17,010 nt of DNA from Opitutus sp. GAS368 (GTDB taxonomy: Bacteria; Verrucomicrobiota; Verrucomicrobiia; Opitutales; Opitutaceae), in NCBI GenBank assembly GCA_945861645.1, contig CAMAVZ010000032.1, positions 1 through 17,010 on the forward strand, written 5' to 3'. This document shows positions 7,445 through 16,800 of the stretch, piece after piece. The notes under the pieces were generated by a model that was not told the DNA's origin, searched no databases, and worked only from the letters and a program-made list of their open reading frames with translations. The position numbers and the translations under genes are program-made. Numbering within the stretch: the first letter of the stretch is position 1; each line of letters opens with the position of its first letter.

Positions 7445-9685
7445 ATGCAAGAATCACCTACTAGTTTCAGCCACTTGGAATCACCCATCGCAGGCGCCGC
7501 GCTTCCCGCTGGTCAGCACATCCTGCGCGGGTGGGTCTGGCCCAAAGCAGGTGGGCTGTTGGTTGATGTTCGCGCCCGCCTTGGTACTCATACTTTCCCT
7601 GGGATCCACGGCCTACCAAGAGCGGATTTAGCGCTGCACTTTCAGACCGGTCGCGCAGTGGCATTAGCGGAATTTTATGTGGTGGTTACGCTAACCGTGG
7701 GCCGCGCTCAACTCTTCCTCGAGGTGCTGAGCCTCGAAGGAACGTGGTCAATTTTTCAAACGATCCACTACGATGTCACGGCGACGCTGACTCCGCCCGC
7801 TGTCGCGATGCCCACTGGCGTGTTGCGATGGCACGAATATGGTCGCGCGCTGCAACTGCTGCTGCGGCAGCAGCGGCGCTTCCCCGCAGCGAGCCTGCGC
7901 GAATTAGCCCGCGAACTCGTCGCCGATATCCCCCATCCACGCGACCTGCGCCATCCGCATCTGCCCTTTCATGGTCACCTCGATGAACCAGCCGCGCTCG
8001 CCCGCTGCGGGTTCGGCCGCACGGCGGTGCTCGGCTATCTTTTCCACGAGACTCAACCGATCAAACGCGTGCTGGCGACCTTTGACCTACAGGCTTGGCA
8101 GACTATCGAGCACGACCAGCCTTCGCCTGGGCCCGCGAGTTATTATCCTGGATTCACGACCGCTAAAAATTGCGGACTCTTCGGCATTATTGATGTACCC
8201 GCCCAGCTCCCCAACCCAGTCTGCCTGCGCCTTTACGCTGAGCTCAACGACGGCAGCCTGCATCTCTGCTCGGTGCAACGGAGCCGACTATTTACCCAAG
8301 AAGATGAAAAGGCGCCGTATCCGCCGCAAGCTGGCACGCGTTTTGCCGATACGCAGGCAGCCTTAACTGCGGCCTTAGCTGAGCGGCCCATCGAAGTAAT
8401 TATCGATCAAGAAATGCAGACTGAGTTGGCGCGGATCGAAACAGATTTTCACTTACGGGCACCCCACTCACTGCCGATGGAAAGTCCGCTCCTACCCGCC
8501 CCCGTGAGCACGGCTCCGCTGCCACGGCGCATTTTGCTCGTCACGCACAATTTGAATTGGGAGGGGGCTCCCCTTTTTCTCGTCGATTATGCTGAACACT
8601 TAGCGCGCGCCGGCGCCGTGCTTACCGTGCTCAGCCCTACAGACGGACCCTTGCGCAGCCGCTTCGAACAATTCGGCGCGCAAATTAAGTTGCTCGAGGT
8701 CTCGGCTATCTTAGCTGCAACCACCGCTCAAGCGGCCCACGAAGCGATTCGCCAGCTCGGCCGGGCTTTCGATTTTGCCGCTTTCGACCTCGTCGTCGGC
8801 AACACCTTTACCACTTTCTGGGCCGTGCATGCGGCCAAGGCCGCTCAGCGTCGCGTCTTGCTGTATGTGCATGAGAGCACAACTCCGGCTAGTTTCTACA
8901 TTGGGCGAATGGCGCCGGAAGTCATTGCGCTGGTGACAGCCGCCTTCGCCTTAGCCGACTGCGTCTCTTTTACCACCGCGGCCACTCGAGCTTATCATCT
9001 CGATTATGGTCGTCCCACCCAGCATCGCCTCACGCCGGGCTGGATAGATTTAGCCCGCATCGATGCGTGGCGGGCCAAGCATCCCCGCGCTGCCCTGCGA
9101 GCCAAATTCGGGCTACAGCCCCACGAGCTCTTAGTAACCAACGTGGGCACAGTCTGTGATCGCAAGGGCCAGCATATCTTTGCCCGCGCCGTCGATTTAC
9201 TCTGGCGGCGCTACCCAGAATTAGCGGCCCGAACGCGTTTTATCATGCTCGGCGGCGGCGAGACCCCCTTCGATGCCGTGCTCACTGATCTCTTAACTCA
9301 TCTCGGGCGACCTAATCTCAACGTTCATCCCGGCACTGCTGATTATTTTCCGTATTACGCCGCGGCGGATCTTTTCGTCTGCTCTACCTATGAAGAGTCC
9401 TCGCCCCGTGTGATTCTAGAGACCATGGCCTGCGGCACCCCCATTCTCAGTTCCGGCGTGCACGGAGTACCCGAACAAGCCCGCCCCGATCTTGAAGCTA
9501 CCCTTATTTCGCCAGGCGATACGGTCGCTCTCTGTGCAGGGATGGCCAAGCTGCTCCTGGCTCCGGAAATTGGGGCGATCCTCGCCGCCCGCGCCCGAGC
9601 CCGCGTCAGCCACGAATTTGACGCTGCCATTTTGCTACCCCGCCATGCGAACTTAGCTCGAGCGGTTGCCGCTGCTCAATTTTAA
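7445..9685 (+). CDS. GT4 glycosyltransferase with 2x N-terminal beta-rich module, ~746 aa
   Basis: THNLNWEGAP, YVHES, NVGTVCDRKGQ, EESSPRVILE (EX7E), GVPE. ATG at 7445 is preceded by AAGGA (7433-7437); an in-frame GTG at 7442 is an alternative start. Confidence 0.92.
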   Translation: MQESPTSFSHLESPIAGAALPAGQHILRGWVWPKAGGLLVDVRARLGTHTFPGIHGLPRADLALHFQTGRAVALAEFYVVVTLTVGRAQLFLEVLSLEGTWSIFQTIHYDVTATLTPPAVAMPTGVLRWHEYGRALQLLLRQQRRFPAASLRELARELVADIPHPRDLRHPHLPFHGHLDEPAALARCGFGRTAVLGYLFHETQPIKRVLATFDLQAWQTIEHDQPSPGPASYYPGFTTAKNCGLFGIIDVPAQLPNPVCLRLYAELNDGSLHLCSVQRSRLFTQEDEKAPYPPQAGTRFADTQAALTAALAERPIEVIIDQEMQTELARIETDFHLRAPHSLPMESPLLPAPVSTAPLPRRILLVTHNLNWEGAPLFLVDYAEHLARAGAVLTVLSPTDGPLRSRFEQFGAQIKLLEVSAILAATTAQAAHEAIRQLGRAFDFAAFDLVVGNTFTTFWAVHAAKAAQRRVLLYVHESTTPASFYIGRMAPEVIALVTAAFALADCVSFTTAATRAYHLDYGRPTQHRLTPGWIDLARIDAWRAKHPRAALRAKFGLQPHELLVTNVGTVCDRKGQHIFARAVDLLWRRYPELAARTRFIMLGGGETPFDAVLTDLLTHLGRPNLNVHPGTADYFPYYAAADLFVCSTYEESSPRVILETMACGTPILSSGVHGVPEQARPDLEATLISPGDTVALCAGMAKLLLAPEIGAILAARARARVSHEFDAAILLPRHANLARAVAAAQF

Positions 9686-9687
9686 CC

Positions 9688-11931
9688 ATGAGTGGAGTGA
9701 CAACGAAGCAATTTGCCGTAGAAGTTTACCCCGCGAATTGGCACTTTCCAGCCGGTCCTTCATGGTTGGCTGGTTGGATTTTTGCGGGAGAAAATCGGCT
9801 AGTCACTGATTTGCGCGCGTGGATTGACGGTCGCCCCTTTCTTGGTTTTCACGGATTACCGAAGCCTGGGCTCGATGAGAAATTCTTGGGCCGCCCTGGT
9901 CCCCCTTACGCCGGATTCGTCCTGCAGGTTGAACCTCACCGAGGAGCGACTCTGTTGCGGCTGGAAGCGCGCGATCTCACGGGAACTTGGACAGAATTTT
10001 TTCGCACGCCGATCACTGTGGCGGCCAACGCTGCCGCAGCGGCAGCGGCCACTCCACTCAGTATCCGCTTAGCCGACTTGGTCGCTCCCTTACTCCGCCG
10101 GCACACGCAGCAACCGACGACACCGTGGGCGGCGCTTGCTGATGAAATTCTCTCGGCTGCCCTGTCGCATCCGCTCAACTCCCTACCTAATCCGCCTTTT
10201 CATGGGGCCCTCGAGGAACCGCGTGATATCGGTCGGCTGCGCTATGGTCGCCTCGCCGTAACCGGCTGGCTTGCCCATCGCACCGAGAAAATAAAACGCC
10301 TCACCGCGCTCGTTGATGCTACCCAAGAATGTTCATTACTTTATGGACTGCCGCGGACAGATATCGAGGGTGTTTTCGCCGATTTACCGGGACGGGAAAA
10401 TTCTCAATTTATCGGCCACGTCGATATGTCAGCTAATCAGAGTACCCCGGCTCTCCTGAAGATTTTTGCGGAACTCGATAATGGAGAAAAGCACCTCGTC
10501 TTTGCCCAACGGTTCACTCCGCGAGTGATCGCAGGCGCCGACACGCCCCTCCCGCCCCTATCACGAATAACTTTTTGCAAAGCACTCTGGGCTCTCCGCG
10601 GATCAGCTCAGCGGCATGGATTAGCCTTAGGCTCATGGCAGGACTTAGCTGCGAGCAGCCAAATCGCGTGGACGGCCTATCAAGCTGAAGCCCCCGCCAA
10701 ATTGATTAAACCAAAAAAAATTCTGCCAGTAGCAGCGACTCCAGTTAAGCCCTCCACCCCACCGCTACGCGTCCTGGTCGTAACCCATAATCTTAATTTT
10801 GAAGGCGCTCCGTGGTTTATTTTTGAACTCGCCCAGTATCTTGCCCGCCAACCGCACATCAAGGTGCGGGTGTTGACCCCTCAGGCCGGTCCGCTGCGCG
10901 AGGTATTCACCGCGGCGGGAATGCCCGTCGATCTTGTGGATCTAACCACCACCTTAGGCGCTAAGACTCCGGAAGATTTTAACCGCAATTTAACGGCGGC
11001 TGTTTCGGTCAATTGGTCCGAGGTGGATCTCGTCATCGCTAACACGATGGTTTCATTTTGGGCCGTTCATCTGGCGGCCATCGCTCAAAAGCCAACCCTG
11101 CTTTATGTTCATGAAAGCTCCCCCATTCGGCGCTTTTTTGAACCCCTGGTTAATGCAGCCCTCTTGCCGATCATTGAACAAGCCTTTCGGGCCGCCACCC
11201 ATGTGGTCTTTACCGCCAGCGCCTCGCAAACAGTTTTTAATTATCTCGAGACCCGCAGTCATTTTCGACTCCTCCCGAGCTGGGTTGATGTTGGCCGCAT
11301 TGATGCATTCGTTGCTGCGCACGATAAAATCTCTCTCCGCCGCAAGCATGGACTCGATCCGGCCGCCGTGCTACTCGTTAACATCGGCTCGATTTGCGAA
11401 CGCAAGGGTCAGCATATTTATCTGGGCGCAGCTGAATTGCTCCAACCGAAATTACGCCACACTTACCCCGGGCAGAAAATTCAATTTGTCATGGTAGGCG
11501 CACGCCCCGGCCTTTATCTTGATTCGCTCAAGCAAGAAGCCGCCCTGCATCAATTAGCGGAAGTCGTTTTCCTCCCCGAGAGCGGCGAGATTTATGATTT
11601 TTATCTCCTCGCAGATATTTTTGTGTGCACCAGCTTTGAAGAGTCCTTCCCGCGAGTGCTGCTTGAGTCCGCGGCATTCCGTCTACCCATTATTTCCACC
11701 AACGTTAACGGCATCGCCGAAATGCTCGCCCCCGATGAAGCTTGGCTTATCCCACCAGGCGATCGCTACCAGCTCGCTGAAGCGATCAAGGCCGGTCTTG
11801 CTGCTTATTTCTCTCACGACACCAGCCGAGCTGACAAAGCGCGAGCCACCGTGCAAAGAAAATATCACCAAGCTCATTCGCTTCCCCAGCATACCGCGCT
11901 CGCTTTACAAGCGGTCCAAAGAAACTCTTAA
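9688..11931 (+). CDS. GT4 glycosyltransferase with 2x N-terminal beta-rich module, 747 aa
   Basis: THNLNFEGAP, YVHES, NIGSICERKGQ, EESFPRVLLE (EX7E), NVNGIAE. Starts 2 nt after the previous stop. Confidence 0.92.
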   Translation: MSGVTTKQFAVEVYPANWHFPAGPSWLAGWIFAGENRLVTDLRAWIDGRPFLGFHGLPKPGLDEKFLGRPGPPYAGFVLQVEPHRGATLLRLEARDLTGTWTEFFRTPITVAANAAAAAAATPLSIRLADLVAPLLRRHTQQPTTPWAALADEILSAALSHPLNSLPNPPFHGALEEPRDIGRLRYGRLAVTGWLAHRTEKIKRLTALVDATQECSLLYGLPRTDIEGVFADLPGRENSQFIGHVDMSANQSTPALLKIFAELDNGEKHLVFAQRFTPRVIAGADTPLPPLSRITFCKALWALRGSAQRHGLALGSWQDLAASSQIAWTAYQAEAPAKLIKPKKILPVAATPVKPSTPPLRVLVVTHNLNFEGAPWFIFELAQYLARQPHIKVRVLTPQAGPLREVFTAAGMPVDLVDLTTTLGAKTPEDFNRNLTAAVSVNWSEVDLVIANTMVSFWAVHLAAIAQKPTLLYVHESSPIRRFFEPLVNAALLPIIEQAFRAATHVVFTASASQTVFNYLETRSHFRLLPSWVDVGRIDAFVAAHDKISLRRKHGLDPAAVLLVNIGSICERKGQHIYLGAAELLQPKLRHTYPGQKIQFVMVGARPGLYLDSLKQEAALHQLAEVVFLPESGEIYDFYLLADIFVCTSFEESFPRVLLESAAFRLPIISTNVNGIAEMLAPDEAWLIPPGDRYQLAEAIKAGLAAYFSHDTSRADKARATVQRKYHQAHSLPQHTALALQAVQRNS

Positions 11932-11933
11932 GT

Positions 11934-13832
11934 ATGCGTGAAACGGACACTCATTTCTCCAATATTGAATGGCCCGCCGCCCATCAGCGGGTGGCAGGAC
12001 CCGTCATTTGGATCCGCGGCTGGGTGGTTGGCCGACCGAGTCACACGTACATCGACGTACGCATTCAGCACTGCGGCCAAACTCATCTCGGCGTATTAGG
12101 CCTGCCAAGAACCGATCTGGCGGCGCATTTTTCTTCGCCGCGCCCCTGGCTACCAGCTGAATTCGTCATTGGGGTTCCTCTCGCTGACGGCCCAGCTGAA
12201 CTGCGAATCGAGGCAATGAACGAAGATGGCAATTGGCACGAGGTACAACAGCTCTCCCTCACAGTCGCTGCTGATGGCGCCGCCAGCCCCCGGGTCGAAG
12301 GGCAGCTAGTTCACCGGCCAGAAGGCACTTGGACGATTCGCGGCACCCACGCGCCATTTCACGGCCATCTGGATGATCCCATATTAGCTCCACCTATTCA
12401 TCATGGTCGCACCCCCATCTTCGGTTGGCTTTTGCATGAGCACCGACCACTGCAGGCCGTCCTCGCAACCACCGACACACTTATTTTTAATCATCTCGAG
12501 CACAGCCTGACGGATGAATCGCTCGCCGCGAAAGTTCCCGAGCATCCCACCGCCCGCCAAGCACGCGTGCAAGGCGACGTAGACGTACCAGCCACATTGC
12601 GCTCGCCAGCCTGCCTTCGAGTGTACGGTCAGGCTGCCGATGGCACGGTTCATCTTTGCTTTGCCCAGCGGCTACAAATAACCCCCACCCCACTCACTCC
12701 ACCGGCAGGGCCAGCGACCTATCGAGAAGAGCCCGCCCGCCCACTGCCGGCTTATCCCTCCGGTCGGCCGCGGCGCCTGCTCATCGTCACGCGCAGCCTA
12801 CAAGCCGATGATGCTACGCTACGAGCCCTGGATATCGCGCGTCACTTAATCAGCTCAGGTCGTTGGGCGGCCCGCTTGGTCAGTGCAGAAGACGGACCAT
12901 TACGCGCTGATTTTTGGCACGCCGGCATAGAATCACTCATTGTTGATCCGCAAAGAATATTTAATGCCACTGATTCTGCTGCGCTCATCATGGCTCGCGC
13001 GCAGCTCGAACGCGGAATCTTGTGGAGCCATCTCGATGCCGTTGCCGTATTCGATCCTCTCTGCTTTTGGGCCATCGCCGCAGCCCGCGACCGCCGCATC
13101 CCCGTGCTCTTTGATTGCTCGGCCCACGAGCCGATGAGGCCTGATGCCCAGACAACTCCGGTGGTGCAAGATTTCATCCGCCAAGCGTGGGCGCCCCCCA
13201 CCCAGCTATGCTTTGCCTCGCACGTAGCAGCTCGAGTGCAACATGGAGCCCTCGCCGGCAATATTGCTGAGATTATCCCTCAATGGCATCCACTCGATCG
13301 ATTAGATCCAGCGGCTCGTGATAAAAATTATTCACTCGCCCTCGCGCCTTTGCGCACCGCTGACTGGCTGATCCGCCGTCACCCGGCCACGGCAGCGCAT
13401 TGGCGGTTTCACCGCCCGCCAGCCAATTCCTCGCGCCATGAGCGTCTCGCCCAACAAGACGATACCTGGCACTATCCCAATCTGATCCAAGCTGGGTCCC
13501 TCGATATCACCCAACTCACCCTTTGCCTCGGTGCCTCTCGGCTCGGTGGTGGCATCCGCGATCTGTTGGATGCAGCGGCGAACGGCATTCCGATCGTTAC
13601 GCCCCGCACCCCGCTCATCGCCGAATTTTTTAATGCGGCTGAGATTAATTTCGTGGCCGACAATAATCCCATGGCCCTCGCCTATGCCGTGATCGACTAC
13701 GAAACTAATCCAACCGCTTTCACCGTACGCGCCCACCGCGCAAAGCAACGAATCCGCGCTGATTATGCGCCGACAAGTGCGCAGGCTCGCTGGCAGACGC
13801 TTCTCGAAACCGTAGCGGCTAGCCGCGACTAA
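11934..13832 (+). CDS. Degenerate GT4-like protein (probable pseudo-glycosyltransferase) with 2x N-terminal beta-rich module, 632 aa
   Basis: Collinear with its neighbours (RRLLIVT, EDGPLR.F, FWAI.AA, NGIPIV), but THNLNxEGAP reads TRSLQADDAT, the RKGQ motif is absent, and EX7E reads GGGIRDLLD. The reading frame is intact. Confidence 0.82.
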   Translation: MRETDTHFSNIEWPAAHQRVAGPVIWIRGWVVGRPSHTYIDVRIQHCGQTHLGVLGLPRTDLAAHFSSPRPWLPAEFVIGVPLADGPAELRIEAMNEDGNWHEVQQLSLTVAADGAASPRVEGQLVHRPEGTWTIRGTHAPFHGHLDDPILAPPIHHGRTPIFGWLLHEHRPLQAVLATTDTLIFNHLEHSLTDESLAAKVPEHPTARQARVQGDVDVPATLRSPACLRVYGQAADGTVHLCFAQRLQITPTPLTPPAGPATYREEPARPLPAYPSGRPRRLLIVTRSLQADDATLRALDIARHLISSGRWAARLVSAEDGPLRADFWHAGIESLIVDPQRIFNATDSAALIMARAQLERGILWSHLDAVAVFDPLCFWAIAAARDRRIPVLFDCSAHEPMRPDAQTTPVVQDFIRQAWAPPTQLCFASHVAARVQHGALAGNIAEIIPQWHPLDRLDPAARDKNYSLALAPLRTADWLIRRHPATAAHWRFHRPPANSSRHERLAQQDDTWHYPNLIQAGSLDITQLTLCLGASRLGGGIRDLLDAAANGIPIVTPRTPLIAEFFNAAEINFVADNNPMALAYAVIDYETNPTAFTVRAHRAKQRIRADYAPTSAQARWQTLLETVAASRD

Positions 13833-13891
13833 AATTCACCCCAGAGCTTGCCCTCAAGACTGACTTCTACCTACTTACTCCGCCGCTCACC

Positions 13892-16800
13892 GTGAACGAA
13901 AACGCTTCCTATATTTTTGATATCGAAGGGCCCACGCAATGGGCATTCACCGGCGAACCCGTCTGGATTAGCGGCTGGTTTTTATCAAAAACGGGGGCCG
14001 TGTTCTCGGATGTTCGGGCGATCATTGATGATGTTATTTTCCTGGGCATTTTTGGCCTACCCCGCGAACACATTGAGCGGGAACATCGCGGTTATTTCGG
14101 TCTACCGCACGCTGGTTTCTGTCTACAAGTCCGCCCACCCCGCGGCGCCCAGCACCTGCGGCTGGAATTACTCGATGCCGGTGGTCGCTGGGTAGAAATT
14201 TGGCGGACCAATATGAGTGTCACGCAAGGTCCACCCGCTGGGGCCCGCCTGAACTTAGAAATTGTACCAGATCAGTTGCGTAAACTTTTACAGGCCCGAC
14301 GCGCTGATCCCAACGCTGACCTTCAACCACTCGCCCGAAAATTGGCGATCGAAGCCGCCGTTGTACCGCTCAATACGCTGCCCAATCCTCCTTTTTTTGG
14401 CGCCCTTGAAAATCCCGTCCTGACCGGCGGATCACAATTCGGAAAGCTTGGCGTCGAGGGCTGGATCATTCACCAAGAACAGCGCATCCGACGGCTGATC
14501 GCCACCACGCACCCCTTGGTTGAAAATGAAATGGATTACGGCAATCGCGAACGCGCTGATGCCGGCCAGCTGTTCCCTAATCATTCCTACGCCGCCCGTT
14601 CGCAATTTTTCGGCATGATCGATATCGATGAAGCGGGTGCAGATCCCCTGGCTTTAAAAATTTTTGCCGAACTCGAAGATGGCACCCGTCACCTCGTTTT
14701 TGTCCGCCGTTTCTATCAGCGCGGATGCAATCAACTCGAACAACTGCTGCCTGCCTTCAGTCGCGCCACTTTTTTCGAAATCGCGAATGCCTTCTGGACC
14801 GGCTGCCGCGCTGAGCACATCGCCCTGGGCTCACTCAGTCATGGCTGGCGCGTGGGCCGGCAAGCTTACGAAACTTTTCGTCGCTTCGCTCCAGCCTCAC
14901 TAGTCCATTTAAATCCACCAGGTAAAAATCTTTCGGCCGACGCCAGCCCGTCGCAGGCAACAAGCCTTCGCCCCCCATTAGTTCGCTCGGCGACCAACCG
15001 CGAACTGCCGACACCAGGGCCGCGCTTGGTCCTATTAATTGACACACGCCAGTGCACGTCAGGCCAACTGCACGAGCTCGCAAACTCACTTACTCAACAA
15101 ATCTACCCGCACTGGCAGGCCTACTTCGTTGGAGCTGGCCCCCACCCTGCCGGCGATGAGCGCTTCCGATCGGCCCGCGTATCCCCACCTCGTGATTTCG
15201 TCCGCGTCCTGAATACCACGGCGCATCAGGCCCAAGGCACGCACCTGACCTTACTGCTTGGTCACGCTCGCCTCTCGGCGGAAGCCCTTTTCGAAATCGC
15301 TCACCATCTAGCCACTCACCCGCAGCTCGAACTGATTTACACCGACGAGGATCAGCGAGATGACCACGGCGCGTGCACCGCCGCCATTTTAAAACCAGAC
15401 TGGAGCCCAGCTCTCGCGGACTCCGGCTTATTCCCTGGTCAATTAAGCTTCGTGCGTAGCGATCGCTTCGTGGAGCTTGGCTCCTTCCGCGAAGAATATG
15501 ATCAGGTGCTGTGGTACGATCTTTTATTACGCATCGGCGATCAGCTTCGCCCCGAGCAGGTCGCCCACCTGCCGCTGATCGGCCATCACGCCCGCGCGGC
15601 TCTGGCCCAAAAAAGAGATCTCGCTGATCCCGCCGTTGAACAGGCGCGCCAAGCACTCGCCGCCGCCGCGCAACGCCGTGGCTGGGCCGCCGAGCCCTTC
15701 TTGCCCGAGACCGCCCATCAGCGCCAAATTTGTTATCATCAGCTGCGCTGGGACCAAACGATTCTCTCTCGCCTGCAAGTGACCATTGTCATTCCGACTC
15801 GCGATCGTCTGCACCTGCTGCAAGAATGTATTGAGTTACTCGATGAGACGGTGGACTGGCGTTATGTGAAACTGATCATCGTGGACGATCATTCCCGCGA
15901 CGCGGATGCGGTGCGTTATCTTCAAGCAATTCAGCAGCGCAATGACCTCATGTGCACCGTCGTGCGCACGACTGATGCTCAAACGCCTTTTAATTATTCC
16001 AAACTCGTCAATGCGGCCCTGCCTCACTTGAACACCCCGCTGGTGCTGCATCTGAATAACGACGTCAATGCGCTAGAACGCGGCTGGCTCGAGGAGATGG
16101 TCGGTTGGTTCACGCAACCGGATGTCGGAGTCGTCGGGGCTAAATTAATTTATTCTGACCGCACCCTCAATCACACCGGCATAATTATCGGCCCACATGG
16201 CGGGCTCGCCGATACGCCCTATGCCAAAGCGGCTGAAGCCACGGTGGACGTGACCTGGCAAGCGGCGGCCCGCGAAGTTTCTGCGGTCACCGGGGCCTGC
16301 TTGATGACGCGCACCGTCATTTACCGCACGCTCGGTGGGTTTGATGAAAAAGATTTCGGGGTCTCCTATAATGACGTCGATTATTGCCTAAGAGTCCGGA
16401 CCGCTGGCCACCGAATCATCTATACCCCCCAAGCCAAATTGATGCACTGGGGTAGCGCATCTCGTGGAGTGACGTTTGATGAGGCTGAGCACATTGCCTT
16501 TGTGCGACGCTATCCGCTGTATCGGGATCCCTACTGCAATTCGCACCTCCGTCTCGTCGATGGCAAATTACAAGGCGATGGGGCGATCGCCTTAGGCCAA
16601 CGCGGCACCGGGAAATTACGCCTGCTGTTATTGACGCATAACCTCAACCTCGAGGGTGCGCCGCTCTTTATTTTAGAATACGCCACCTATCTCGCCCGTG
16701 TAGCCGGCTTCGGGCTGGAAATCTTAACGGGCCAAGAAGGTCCCTTGCGTCCGGCGTTCGAAGCCTTAGGCGCACCCATTACAGTGATTAAGCTAGGAGA

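Larger units (their letters stand above)
3457..14715 (+). repeat. Dispersed protein-level repeat: ten copies of a ~100-aa beta-rich module (two per gene in five genes)
   Basis: Approximate copies: 3457-3750 and 3943-4270; 7466-7770 and 7967-8290; 9712-10020 and 10198-10520; 11955-12270 and 12357-12680; 13916-14220 and 14393-14715. Shared pattern: F..h[ED].P...h.G[WY]h...(GLPR.D)...[GS].F...h.h...G. Confidence 0.8.

Noticed and set aside
10021-10050. Poly-alanine run AANAAAAAAA
   Set aside because: Mixed codons in an inter-domain linker, not a DNA tandem repeat.
10713-10720. A8 tract (also T7 at 5903-5909 and 14392-14398) as phase-variation sites
   Set aside because: Short A/T runs explained by Lys and Phe codons, and all frames are intact.
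7442-11931. Two adjacent ORFs both listed as 747 aa
   Set aside because: Explained by paralogy plus the choice of start codon. The sequences are well diverged, so this is not an exact duplication or an assembly artefact.
11934-13832. Calling this gene a pseudogene
   Set aside because: There is no frameshift or internal stop, the N-terminal modules are conserved, and the gene is tightly coupled to its neighbour. Only the catalytic motifs and linkers are eroded.
13848-13877. Possible internal sigma70 promoter (TTGCCC as -35) and mini-hairpin CTTG-CCCT-CAAG
   Set aside because: There is no TAnnnT hexamer at 16-18 bp spacing, and the 4-bp stem is too weak to call.
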